Shown here: positions 10,845 to 19,797 of the stretch, piece after piece | How positions within the stretch are numbered: position 1 is the stretch's first letter | Layout of the letters: each line of letters begins with the position of its first letter | From: Candidatus Palauibacter australiensis | Lineage (GTDB): Bacteria; Gemmatimonadota; Gemmatimonadetes; Palauibacterales; Palauibacteraceae | Assembly (NCBI GenBank): GCA_026705295.1 | Contig: JAPPBA010000155.1 | Span: 670 to 64,669 of the forward strand | Length of the DNA: 64,000 bases | Direction of reading: 5' to 3' | Notes under the pieces: generated by a model | The model's database searches: none | Seen by the model: the letters and a program-made list of their open reading frames with translations, nothing else | What the model was told of the DNA's origin: nothing | Translations under genes and position numbers: made by a program

Positions 10845-12236
10845 ATGGAGACGGGATGCGGGCGAAAAGCTCCGGGGCGCGGTTGTGAACGCCGGGGTGC
10901 GTCCGTGAACGTTGGAGCGCGGCTCACGGAGGCGGCGGCTGGCGTCGCGCTCGCGGCGGCGCCTCTGCTCCGGCGCGCCCGCCCGCACATCGCGCGGGCG
11001 GTGGAGGTCCGGCGGCGCGGTGGCGCGGAGCTGGCCGCCTGGGGCCGGGGCCGGGAGCCCGGGCCGCTCGTGTGGCTCCACGGCGCTTCCGCTGGCGAGC
11101 TGCTCGGCGCGGCGCCGGCCATCCGGCATCTGCGCGGCGCACGGTCCGGATCGCGCGCCGGCGGGCGCGTGCAGCTCGTCGTCACGCACGGCTCGGCGTC
11201 AGGCCGGGCGGCGCTCGTGTGGCTCGATCCGGATCACTCCGGGGCGCCGCCGCTCGACCGCGCGCGCGACTGCGATGCGGCGTTCGCCGCCGTGCGGCCC
11301 GGCCTCCTCGTGTTCGCGAAGCTGGACGTGTGGCCCGGACTCGCGGCGGCGGCCGCGCGGGCCGGAGTGCCCGCCGCGCTCATCAACGGCACTGTCCGCG
11401 ACGGGAGCCGCCGCTCCGGCGCCCTCGCCCGCCGGCTCTTCCGCGCGTCGTACGCCGGGCTGGACGCGGTCGGCGCCGCGAGCCCGGAGGACGCACGGCG
11501 ACTCGAAGCGCTCGGCGTTCGGCCGGGGGCGCTGGCGGTGACGGGGGACGCGGCGTTCGACCTGGCGCTCGAACGGGCCGACCGCGCTCGGAGCGACGGC
11601 TCGGCCGCGTCTTTCCGCGCCGCGCTCGGAGCGGCGGACGGAGCGGCCCTGCGGCTCATTGCCGGCTCGACGTGGCCCGCGGACGAGAAGGCGTTGCTCG
11701 ATGCCGCGGCGGCCGTGCGGCGAGGCGGCGGCCCGGGATGGCAGCTCGTGATCGCGCCGCACGAGCCGACCGCCGCGCACGTCGACGCCCTCGTCGCGTC
11801 GTGCACGGCCCGCGGGGAACGCGTCATCCGCTGGAGCCGGATCGGCGAGGCCGCCGCGGAGCCCGACGCCGGACCCGACGCCTCCGTCATCGTCTTCGAC
11901 GAGGTCGGCCGGCTGGCCGAGCTGTACGCGGCGGGCGACGTGGCCTATGTCGGCGGCGGCCTCGGGGGCACCGGGCTCCACAACGTGCTCGAGCCCGCCG
12001 CAGCCGGGCTGCCCGTCGTCTTCGGCCCGCGCCACGACCGGGCCGACGCCCGCGCCCTCGCGGCGGCCGGCGGCGGGCTCGTCTCTCCGGCCGGCGCGCT
12101 CGCGGACACCCTGACCGGGCTGGCCCGCCCGCCTCGCCGCCAACACCACGCCCGGGCCGCCCGCGCGTTCGCCGAGGCGGGCGCCGGCGCCGCCGACCGT
12201 ACGGTGGAACTGCTGCGCCCCCTCTGGCCGTCCTGA
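10845..12236 (+). CDS. waaA: 3-deoxy-D-manno-octulosonic acid (Kdo) transferase
   Basis: VWLHGASAGELLGAAPAI matches WaaA (I)WLHxVSVGE, and GGGLGGTGLHNVLEPAAAGLPVVFGP matches GGSL..GGHNPLEAAA. The start could instead be the in-frame GTG at 10905. Confidence 0.85.
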   Translation: METGCGRKAPGRGCERRGASVNVGARLTEAAAGVALAAAPLLRRARPHIARAVEVRRRGGAELAAWGRGREPGPLVWLHGASAGELLGAAPAIRHLRGARSGSRAGGRVQLVVTHGSASGRAALVWLDPDHSGAPPLDRARDCDAAFAAVRPGLLVFAKLDVWPGLAAAAARAGVPAALINGTVRDGSRRSGALARRLFRASYAGLDAVGAASPEDARRLEALGVRPGALAVTGDAAFDLALERADRARSDGSAASFRAALGAADGAALRLIAGSTWPADEKALLDAAAAVRRGGGPGWQLVIAPHEPTAAHVDALVASCTARGERVIRWSRIGEAAAEPDAGPDASVIVFDEVGRLAELYAAGDVAYVGGGLGGTGLHNVLEPAAAGLPVVFGPRHDRADARALAAAGGGLVSPAGALADTLTGLARPPRRQHHARAARAFAEAGAGAADRTVELLRPLWPS

Positions 12237-12273
12237 CCCGCGGCACGGGGCGCAGCCGTCGGCCTGTGACCCG

Positions 12274-12492
12274 TTAGCGCCTCTCCGCCCAGAGTTTCGG
12301 GCCGAACACGAACCAGAGCACGCTGCCGACGATGGGGCAGAGGAAGATCACCGCGACCCACAGCGTCTTCTCTCGCCTCGGCGCGTCGGAGAGCGCGGTG
12401 ATGCCGGTCGCCCAGAGGTTCAGGGCCGCGAGCAGCGCCAGGAGCACGAGGCGCGGGTCCAGCGTCGCCGCCCAGTCCAACGCGGCGTTCAT
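12274..12492 (-). CDS. PLD nuclease N-terminal domain-containing small membrane protein
   Basis: 72 aa with two TM helices. The sequence KTLWVAVIFLCPIVGSVLWFVFGP is typical of the PLDc_N family. It overlaps the ABC exporter stop in an ATGA. Confidence 0.7.
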   Translation of the reverse strand: MNAALDWAATLDPRLVLLALLAALNLWATGITALSDAPRREKTLWVAVIFLCPIVGSVLWFVFGPKLWAERR

Positions 12493-14381
12493 GCGGCGGC
12501 CGTCGGCTTCTGAAACTGGAGGCGGTGGAGCTGCGCGTAGAGCCCGCCGCTCTCAATCAGCGTGTCGTGCGTGCCGGATTCGCTGATGCGTCCGTGGTGG
12601 AGCACGAGGATGCGATCAGCGCCCTGGATGGTGGAGAGCCGGTGCGCGATCACCAGGCTCGTCCGCCCCTTCATCAGCCGTTCCAGCGCCGCCTGGATCT
12701 CCGCCTCGATCTCCGAGTCCACCGAACTCGTCGCCTCGTCCAGGAGCAGGATGGGCGGATCCCCCGCGAGCGCGCGGGCGAAGGACACCAGTTGGCGCTC
12801 GCCGACCGACAGATTCCCGCCCCGCTCGCTCAGCGGCTCGTCGTACTTCTTCGGCAGCCGCGCGAGGTGCCGGTCGACCCCGACCTGGCGGGCCGCCTCC
12901 CGGATCTCGTCCCGCCCCACCGCTTTGCGGTCGAGCGCGATGTTGTTCGCGGCGGAGCCCGAGAAGAGATAGACGTCCTGCAGCACGAGGCCCATCCGGC
13001 GACGGAGGTCGGAGAGCCGCAGCTCCCGGATGTCGACCCCGTCGAGCGTAATGCGCCCGCGCTGCGGCTCGTAGAAGCGCATGAGGAGGCTGAACAGCGT
13101 TGTCTTGCCCGCGCCGGTCGCCCCGACGACCGCGAGCCGCTGTCCGGGCTCCGCCGTGAAGCTGATGCCGCGCAGCACCCAGCCGTCGTCAGGCGCGTCC
13201 TCGTCGAGCCGCCCCTCCGCCCCTTCCCAGGCCGCCGCGTGCGCCAGGGCGGGCGTGGTGACCCCCGCCGCGTCCTCCTCCGGCGACAGGTACCGGAACC
13301 AGACGTCCTCGAACTCGATGCGGCCCCTCACGCGCGCCGGAAGCTCCGTCGGGTTCTTCGGGTCCTCGATTCCCGGCGCCTCGTCCAGGAGCCGGAAGAT
13401 CCGCTCCGAACTCGCCATCGCCCCCTGCAGGATGTTGTACTTCTCGGACAGGTCCTGGATGGGCCGGAAGAACCGCTTCGCGTACTGCAGGAAGGCCGCG
13501 ATGACCCCGATCGTGAGCGTCCCCTGGAGGGCCTGGTTGCCCCCGTACCAGATAATCAGCGCGAGCGCGACGGACGCGAGCACCTCGATGACGGGAAAGA
13601 AGAGCGCGTAGTACGTGATCGAGCGCAGGTGGGCCTCGAGGTGGTCATCGTTGATGTCGCCGAACCAGCGCGTCGCCGCCCGCTCCTGCCGGAACAACTG
13701 CACGACGCGCACCCCCGTGATCCGTTCCTGCAGGAAGGCGTTGATGCGCGCGAGCCGGATCCGGATGTCGCGGTACGCCTCGCGCACCTTCTTCCGGAAG
13801 AGCCACGCGGCCATGAACACGAGGGGGAGGACCGCGAACGTCACGAGGGCGAGCCGCCAGTCCATGACGAGCATGGCGATCATGATGAAAGCGACCGTGA
13901 ACACGTCCCCGAAGATCGTCACGACCCCGGAGGTGAACATCTCGTTCAGAACCTCGACGTCGCTCGTGAGCCGCGTCATCAGGCGTCCGACGGGGTTCCG
14001 GTCGAAGTACGCCAGCCGCAGGCGCTGCAGGTGCCGGAAGATCTCCTGCCGCAGGTCGAGCATCACGTTCTGCCCGATCCACGTGGTCAGGATCGTGCGC
14101 CCGTACTCCAGCAGTCCGGAGAGGAGGAGCGTGACGAAGAAGAGGATCCCAAAGGTGCGGAGGGCACCGAAGTCGCCGTCCGGAATCGCGTGGTCGATGA
14201 CCTCCATCGTCAGCCAGGGGCCGACGAGCGCGAGCCCCGAGGCGGCCACGAGCATCAGCACGGCGAGCGCGACCCTGCCCCGGTACGGTCTCAGGTACGA
14301 GAGCAGGCGCTTCATCAGACGGGCGTCGTACGCCTTCCCGAGCGCTTCTTCTTCCTGGAGGGGACCGTCAGGCGCTTGCAT
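12489..14381 (-). CDS. ABC transporter permease/ATP-binding fusion protein (MsbA-like exporter)
   Basis: ORF 12489..15386 is trimmed to the ATG at 14381 (MQAPDGPLQEEE...). It has a 6-TM exporter domain, Walker A GATGAGKTT, signature LSVGERQ, and Walker B LLLDEATS. An extra acidic insert sits in the NBD before Walker A. Confidence 0.9.
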   Translation of the reverse strand: MQAPDGPLQEEEALGKAYDARLMKRLLSYLRPYRGRVALAVLMLVAASGLALVGPWLTMEVIDHAIPDGDFGALRTFGILFFVTLLLSGLLEYGRTILTTWIGQNVMLDLRQEIFRHLQRLRLAYFDRNPVGRLMTRLTSDVEVLNEMFTSGVVTIFGDVFTVAFIMIAMLVMDWRLALVTFAVLPLVFMAAWLFRKKVREAYRDIRIRLARINAFLQERITGVRVVQLFRQERAATRWFGDINDDHLEAHLRSITYYALFFPVIEVLASVALALIIWYGGNQALQGTLTIGVIAAFLQYAKRFFRPIQDLSEKYNILQGAMASSERIFRLLDEAPGIEDPKNPTELPARVRGRIEFEDVWFRYLSPEEDAAGVTTPALAHAAAWEGAEGRLDEDAPDDGWVLRGISFTAEPGQRLAVVGATGAGKTTLFSLLMRFYEPQRGRITLDGVDIRELRLSDLRRRMGLVLQDVYLFSGSAANNIALDRKAVGRDEIREAARQVGVDRHLARLPKKYDEPLSERGGNLSVGERQLVSFARALAGDPPILLLDEATSSVDSEIEAEIQAALERLMKGRTSLVIAHRLSTIQGADRILVLHHGRISESGTHDTLIESGGLYAQLHRLQFQKPTAAA

Positions 14382-14456
14382 GCCCCATAGTACGAACTCG
14401 CCGCCCGCGGTCCAATCAGGTTGGCGCGCCCCGCCGCCGCCGGCCATCATGCTTCC

Positions 14457-17396
14457 ATGAGCGAGCGGATCCGGGTCCGGGGCGCCCGGCAGCACAACCT
14501 GAAGGGCATCGACATCGACATCGAGCGCGGGGCCCTCACCGTCCTCACGGGGCCCTCCGGCTCGGGGAAATCCAGCCTCGCCTTCGACACGATCTACGCC
14601 GAAGGACAGCGGCGGTACATCGAGTCGCTCTCCACCTACGCCAAGCAGTTTCTCGAGCGGATGCCGAAGCCCGCCGTCGATCTCGTCGAGGGCGTGAGCC
14701 CTTCCGTCGCCATCGACCAGAGCAACCGCGTGCAGTCGAGCCGCTCCACCGTCGGCACGATCACGGAGGTCTACGACTACCTGAGACTGCTGTGGGCGCG
14801 CGTGGGGACGACCGTGTGTCCGGAGTGCGGGCGTGTCGTCGTGCCGGACACCGTGACGTCGGCCACCGATGCGCTCCTCGATGCCGGTCCCGACGCGCGG
14901 CTCGCCATCGCCTTCCCCGTCCCCCCCGAGGAGCGCGCGGACGGCGCGAGGGTGGTGCAGAACCTCAGGGCGCGGGGGTATGTCCGCCTCCTCGCCGACG
15001 GCCGCGAACTCTACCTGCCGGACATCGATCTGGAGGGAGAAGAAGGAGAAGAAGAAGAGGGAGGAGGGGACGCCACGCGCGCGTTGACGCAGGCGCGGGA
15101 GGCGCTCGTGGTCGTGGACCGGGTCGGGTCCCGGGCGGAGGACCGGGAACGGATCGCGGATTCGCTCGCGGCCGCCTTCGCCGAGGGGAGGGGCGCCGCC
15201 GTCGCGCTCGTCTGGCGGCGCGGTACCTCGACCCCCGAGCGCCGCGACTTCGAAGAGGCCCATCGCTGCGGAGCGTGCGGCGCCGCGTTTCCGCGCCCCA
15301 CCCCCCAACTGTTCAGCTTCAACAGCCCCGCCGGAGCGTGCGACACCTGCACGGGGTTCGGCGCCGTGCTCGAGTACTCCCCCCAACTGATCGTTCCCGA
15401 CCCGGGCCGTTCACTGGAAGAGGGAGCCCTCGATCCATGGTCGAAGCCCCGCTACCGGCGCGAGCGCGCGCGGCTGAGACAGTTCGCCGCCGCCTCCGGG
15501 CTCGACACGACTCTCCCGTGGGAGGCGCTTCCCGAGGCAGGCCGCGACGTCCTGTTGAACGGAGGGCGGTACGCCGAGGAGCGCTTTCGGGGCGTGATCC
15601 CGTTTCTCCGCTCGAAGGAAAAAAAGCGGTATAAAGCGTACATCCGTGTCTTCCTGCGCCAGTATCAGCTTCCGGAGCGGTGTTCCGGCTGCGAGGGCTA
15701 CCGCCTGAAGCCGGAGGCGCTGAACGTGCGCGTCGCCGGGCGACACATCGCCGAAGTCGCCCGCTGGACGGTGAAGGATCTCTCCGCCTGGCTCGCGGAA
15801 GGACTCGACCTCACCCCCTTCCAGCGTCACGTGGCGTCGACGATCCTGCGCGAACTCGAGCACCGGACCTCGTTTCTCGCGGAAGTCGGGCTCGGGTACC
15901 TGACGCTGGACCGGCAGGCTCGATCCCTCTCCGGGGGGGAGATGCAGAGGATCCGCCTCGCCAGCTGTCTCGGGAGCCGGCTGGTCGGCACGCTCTATGT
16001 CCTCGACGAACCCACGATCGGCCTTCATCCGCACGACATCGACGCCTTCACCGGCGTCCTCGAACGGCTCGCGAGCCGCGGCAACACCGTCCTCGTCGTC
16101 GAGCACGAGCCCGCGGTGCTGGAGCGCGCCGACCGCATCGTGGAACTGGGCCCCCGGGCCGGGGAACAGGGCGGCGAGATCGTGTTCGAGGGCGGCTGGG
16201 CCGATCTTCTCGCGGCGGAGACCGGAACCGGCCAGGCCCTCCAGCAGCGGGCGGCCGCCGCCGGGCAGGGCGGCACAGGGCGGGGCGGCACAGGGCGGGG
16301 CGGCGCTCGGCCTGGCGGCGCTCGGCCTGGCGGCGGTCCCGAACTCGTCCTGCGCGGCGCCCGCCTGCACAACGTGCGGGATGTGGACGTGGCGGTCCCG
16401 CTGGGGGCGCTCACGCTCGTCACCGGCGTCTCCGGCTCCGGGAAGTCGACGCTCATCCGCGGGGTGCTGTACCACGCCCTCGAGCGGGAGATCACGGACC
16501 GGTCCTCCGCCAAACCGCACCTGGGCGAGCCCGCCGGCGCCTGGGACCGGCTCGAAGGGGCGGAACTCCTGGAGGATGTCGTGCTCGTCGACCAGCGGCC
16601 GATCGGCCGCACCCCGCGCTCGAATCCCGCGACCTACATCGGAGCCTTCACGGCGCTGAGGAACGCATACGCCGCCCTCCCGGAAGCGCGCTCCCGCGGC
16701 TACGAGGCGGGATACTTCTCCTTCAACCGCCCGGGCGGGCGCTGCGAGCAATGCAAGGGCGCGGGGGAGGAGACGGTGGAGATGGTCTTCCTGGCCGACG
16801 TCTCCGTGCCCTGCGAGGCGTGCGGGGGGTCGCGCTACCGTCCGGAGGTGCTGGAGATCGGGATCCGCGGCCGTTCGATCCGCGACGCACTGGACATGAC
16901 CGTGGACGAAGCGATCCGCTTCTTCATCCGCCACGACCGTCTCGGAGCCCGGCTGTGGCAACTGCAACGAGTGGGTCTGGGATACCTTCGGCTCGGCCAG
17001 CCCGCCACGACGCTCTCCGGAGGGGAGGCGCAGCGCCTCAAGATCGCCCGGGAACTCGCGCGCCGAGGGGGCGCGGGGCGCAGGCTGTACATCCTCGACG
17101 AACCCACGGTGGGCCTCGGCGTGGCGGAAGTCGGCACCCTCGTCGCTGTACTGCGCGAACTCGTGAAGGAAGGGCACGCGGTCGTCGTCGTCGAACACAA
17201 CCTCGACGTGGTCGCGGAGGCCGATTGGGTCATCGACATGGGGCCCGGGGCCGCGGAGGACGGCGGCCGCATCGTGGCGGCGGGTCCACCCGCCGAGATC
17301 GCGGAGTCCGAGGCCTCCCTCACCGGTGCCTTCCTCCGCGCGCGGGCGCAACGCCTCGGCCTCGATGCCGCCGTGGCCGGAGCGGAGTCGGCGTGA
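14457..17396 (+). CDS. uvrA: excinuclease ABC subunit A family protein (UvrA or UvrA paralog)
   Basis: Starts MSERIRVRGARQHNLKGIDIDIERGALTVLTGPSGSGKSSLAFDTIYAEGQRRYIESLS. It has two ABC halves (second Walker A GVSGSGKST), zinc-finger Cys pairs, and LSGGEAQRLKIAREL. It also carries unusual E/G-rich and GTGRG/GARPG inserts. Confidence 0.88.
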   Translation: MSERIRVRGARQHNLKGIDIDIERGALTVLTGPSGSGKSSLAFDTIYAEGQRRYIESLSTYAKQFLERMPKPAVDLVEGVSPSVAIDQSNRVQSSRSTVGTITEVYDYLRLLWARVGTTVCPECGRVVVPDTVTSATDALLDAGPDARLAIAFPVPPEERADGARVVQNLRARGYVRLLADGRELYLPDIDLEGEEGEEEEGGGDATRALTQAREALVVVDRVGSRAEDRERIADSLAAAFAEGRGAAVALVWRRGTSTPERRDFEEAHRCGACGAAFPRPTPQLFSFNSPAGACDTCTGFGAVLEYSPQLIVPDPGRSLEEGALDPWSKPRYRRERARLRQFAAASGLDTTLPWEALPEAGRDVLLNGGRYAEERFRGVIPFLRSKEKKRYKAYIRVFLRQYQLPERCSGCEGYRLKPEALNVRVAGRHIAEVARWTVKDLSAWLAEGLDLTPFQRHVASTILRELEHRTSFLAEVGLGYLTLDRQARSLSGGEMQRIRLASCLGSRLVGTLYVLDEPTIGLHPHDIDAFTGVLERLASRGNTVLVVEHEPAVLERADRIVELGPRAGEQGGEIVFEGGWADLLAAETGTGQALQQRAAAAGQGGTGRGGTGRGGARPGGARPGGGPELVLRGARLHNVRDVDVAVPLGALTLVTGVSGSGKSTLIRGVLYHALEREITDRSSAKPHLGEPAGAWDRLEGAELLEDVVLVDQRPIGRTPRSNPATYIGAFTALRNAYAALPEARSRGYEAGYFSFNRPGGRCEQCKGAGEETVEMVFLADVSVPCEACGGSRYRPEVLEIGIRGRSIRDALDMTVDEAIRFFIRHDRLGARLWQLQRVGLGYLRLGQPATTLSGGEAQRLKIARELARRGGAGRRLYILDEPTVGLGVAEVGTLVAVLRELVKEGHAVVVVEHNLDVVAEADWVIDMGPGAAEDGGRIVAAGPPAEIAESEASLTGAFLRARAQRLGLDAAVAGAESA
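16272..16331 (+). repeat. in-frame tandem repeats inside the UvrA-family gene (2 x 15 bp followed by 2 x 15 bp)
   Basis: GGCACAGGGCGGGGC occurs at 16272..16286 and 16287..16301. GGCGCTCGGCCTGGC occurs at 16302..16316 and 16317..16331. Together they encode GTGRG-GTGRG-GARPG-GARPG just before the second ABC half. Confidence 0.9.
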
Positions 17397-17419
17397 CCGA
17401 AGCGGAGTCGGCGTGACCC
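17381..17419 (+). repeat. tandem duplication (18 of 20 nt) spanning the uvrA stop and the GT2 start
   Basis: AGCGGAGTCGGCGTGACC occurs at 17381..17398 and again at 17401..17418. Copy 1 contains the uvrA TGA (17394..17396). Copy 2 contains the likely GTG start of the next gene (17413). Confidence 0.9.
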
Positions 17420-18459
17420 AGGTGGACGAGCCGCGCGTCTCCATCCTGCTGCCGTGCCGGGACGCCGAGCCCTTCCTGGGCGCGTGCATCGAAAGCCTCG
17501 CCGCCCAGTCCGAGCCGCGCTTCGAGGTGCTCGCGCTCGACGACGGTTCGAGGGACGGGACCGGACCGCTGCTGCGGGCGTGGGCGGACCGCGACCCCCG
17601 CGTCCGTCTCGTCGATCGCGACGGTTCGGGGATCGTCGCGGCGCTGCGCCGGCTGTCGGGCGAGGCCCGGTCGCCGCTCCTCGCCCGCATGGACGCTGAC
17701 GACGTGGCACGGCCCGACCGGCTGGCCGCGCAACTCCGCCTCCTCGCCCGGCGCCCGGATGTCGCCGCCTGCGGCACGGGCGTCCGCTACTTCCCGCGGC
17801 CCCGGCCCAACTCGGGCTACCTCCGCTACGAGCGCTGGATCAACGGGCTCACCGAGCCCGCCGCGGTCGAGCGGGACCTGTTCGTCGAATGTCCGATCGC
17901 CCACCCCACGCTGATGGTGCGGCGCGACGCCTTCGAGGGCGTCGGCGGCTATCGCGACGCCGGGGGACCGGAGGACTACGACCTCATCCTGCGGCTGGCC
18001 ACGGCGGGCCATCGCATGACGAACGTGCCGCAGATCCTCCACGAGTGGCGCCTGGGTCCGCACCGGCTGTCGGAGCGGTCGGACCGCTACAGCCCCGACG
18101 CGTTCCGGCGTCTGAAGATCGCGCACCTGGCGGACGGCCATGTACCGGCGGGCCGGCCGCTCGTGATCTGGGGCGCCGGCAAGGTCGGAAAGGCCTTCGC
18201 GCGCGGCTGGCTCGAACAGGCCGGATCCGCGACTCGCGCCCGCCCGGTGGAGGCGTTCGTGGACCTGGACCCCCGCAAGATCGGGCAGAACATCCACGGA
18301 GCCGTCGTCCTCCGCCCGCAGGATCTCCCGGCGTTCGGCGCGTCCGTCCGCCCGTACGTGCTCCTCGCGGTGGGCACACCCGGCGCGCGCCGCGAGATCC
18401 GCGAGGCGCTGGAGGCCCTGGGTTTTCGGGAGATCGACGACTACCGCGCCGTGGCCTAG
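17413..18459 (+). CDS. family 2 glycosyltransferase with extra C-terminal Rossmann-like domain
   Basis: VSILLPCRDAEPFLGACIESLAAQSEPRFEVLALDDGSRDGT...ARMDADD are GT2 DxD-type motifs. The C-terminal VIWGAGKVGKAF... is a GxGxxG-type segment. The GTG start at 17413 was chosen; 17422 is also possible. Confidence 0.85.
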   Translation: MTQVDEPRVSILLPCRDAEPFLGACIESLAAQSEPRFEVLALDDGSRDGTGPLLRAWADRDPRVRLVDRDGSGIVAALRRLSGEARSPLLARMDADDVARPDRLAAQLRLLARRPDVAACGTGVRYFPRPRPNSGYLRYERWINGLTEPAAVERDLFVECPIAHPTLMVRRDAFEGVGGYRDAGGPEDYDLILRLATAGHRMTNVPQILHEWRLGPHRLSERSDRYSPDAFRRLKIAHLADGHVPAGRPLVIWGAGKVGKAFARGWLEQAGSATRARPVEAFVDLDPRKIGQNIHGAVVLRPQDLPAFGASVRPYVLLAVGTPGARREIREALEALGFREIDDYRAVA

Positions 18460-18606
18460 TTGTAGGTGCCACGATGGTTGTTCACCGGGGCGAGCGGTTG
18501 AGGCGCGTCGCGGGTCACGTACGGGGAGGTTCTACCCGGCGAACGGAAGGAGGACGCGGTGGCACTCCTCCTGCACGTAGTCGCCTTCCACCTAACTGTG
18601 CATCCG

Positions 18607-18645
18607 GGGGTGCAGATTGTCATTCCGATTGACAATCTGCACCCC
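18607..18645. terminator. 16-bp perfect stem-loop between convergent genes
   Basis: GGGGTGCAGATTGTCA (18607..18622), loop TTCCGAT, TGACAATCTGCACCCC (18630..18645), followed by TCTTTCG on the + strand. The minus-strand stop codon of the next gene (18620..18622) lies inside the stem. Confidence 0.6.
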
Positions 18646-19771
18646 TCTTTCGAAGGCTCGTCGGATCATGCCACCGGCCACCAGAGTGCCGAGGCGCGGA
18701 GTCATGGTCGAGTACTTCCCACGTCACATCATCGAACTCCCGCAACAGATCCGCGCCGTAGGCGGAGGACGGGGTCTGGTAGCCCGGCTTGAAATCACCG
18801 GCCAGCGCGCGTCCCGCGATGGCGACGGCTACCGTCGCGGTGAAGCCGTAGGGGTCCGGCGTCCGCACGCGCGCCGCCGCCCGCCTCCCCTCCGCGTCTT
18901 CGATCTCCGCGACCAGGATCCCGTGCGCCGTCTGGCGCGCCGATTCGCTCGGCCCCTCCGGCGCGCGATCGAGCAGGCGGTTCAGCAGCGCCCTTCCCGT
19001 TCGTCCGGCCAGCAGCGGGCCGAAGCCGCGCAGGATCCTCGTGAGGCGGGTGAAGCTCCGGGTTGCCTGCAGGTAGGTCTCGATGTTCGGTATTCCCGTG
19101 GAATGGAAGGCCGTCGTCACGTCTCCCAGCACCCCGACGAGCGCGGCGCCCGGCGGGGGTCCGAAATCGAACGCGTGACGCAGTTGACCGGGTCGCACCG
19201 TCGCGATCGCACCGTCGCGCCGGATCCGAAACTGCCCGATCGCCTGGGCTACCGTGCGCATCGTGCCGCGGGAGGCGCCGCTGCGGGCCGCGAGGCCGAG
19301 CCGCAGGGTGCGGCCGCCCGGGTGCCGCGCGGCGAGGTCCGCGATGAGGCAGTCGCTCGGGACGACGTCGAACCCGACGCCCGGCAGGACCATGATGCCG
19401 GCCGCGGCGGCCTCCGCCCCGCGCGCGGCCAGCGCCTCGAACACATCGACCTCCCCGGTGATGTCGAGATAGTGCGCGCCCGTCTTCCGGCAGGCGTCGT
19501 ACATCGGGAGAGCGGTGCGCGAGAACGGCCCCGCGCAATGAAGGACGACCGCAACGTCCTCCAGCGCGCCGGCAAGCGTAGCGGGGTCGTCCAGTCCAAA
19601 GGCCCGGGTCTCCAGCCCGTGCGCCACGGCCCCCGGTGACGCCAGCGCGGCGAGCTTCTCCGGATCCCGGCCGCCGACAACCGGCCGCAGCCCGGACCGC
19701 ACCGCCTCGGCCACCGCGAGCCGCCCGGTATATCCCGTGGCGCCGTAGATGAGCAGTTTCGATTCACGCAT
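18620..19771 (-). CDS. saccharopine dehydrogenase-like NAD(P)-binding oxidoreductase
   Basis: MRESKLLIYGATGYTGRLAVAEAV is a Rossmann GxxGxxG motif. HCAGPFSRTALPMYDACRKTGAHYLDITGE is typical of the saccharopine dehydrogenase / trans-acting enoyl reductase family. Confidence 0.85.
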   Translation of the reverse strand: MRESKLLIYGATGYTGRLAVAEAVRSGLRPVVGGRDPEKLAALASPGAVAHGLETRAFGLDDPATLAGALEDVAVVLHCAGPFSRTALPMYDACRKTGAHYLDITGEVDVFEALAARGAEAAAAGIMVLPGVGFDVVPSDCLIADLAARHPGGRTLRLGLAARSGASRGTMRTVAQAIGQFRIRRDGAIATVRPGQLRHAFDFGPPPGAALVGVLGDVTTAFHSTGIPNIETYLQATRSFTRLTRILRGFGPLLAGRTGRALLNRLLDRAPEGPSESARQTAHGILVAEIEDAEGRRAAARVRTPDPYGFTATVAVAIAGRALAGDFKPGYQTPSSAYGADLLREFDDVTWEVLDHDSAPRHSGGRWHDPTSLRKRGADCQSE

Positions 19772-19797
19772 GTCCCCAAACTACGGAGCGACTCGCC

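Noticed and set aside
9737-12236. Hidden restriction endonuclease partner for the methyltransferase
   Set aside because: Both neighbours are confidently assigned to other families (HEITH aminopeptidase, WaaA Kdo transferase). No unassigned ORF of suitable size lies nearby.
16272-17419. CRISPR-like or minisatellite array
   Set aside because: Only two copies of each unit are present, with no spacers. The repeats are in-frame within or at the junction of coding genes. No cas genes are present. No repeat-spacer architecture was seen anywhere in the window.
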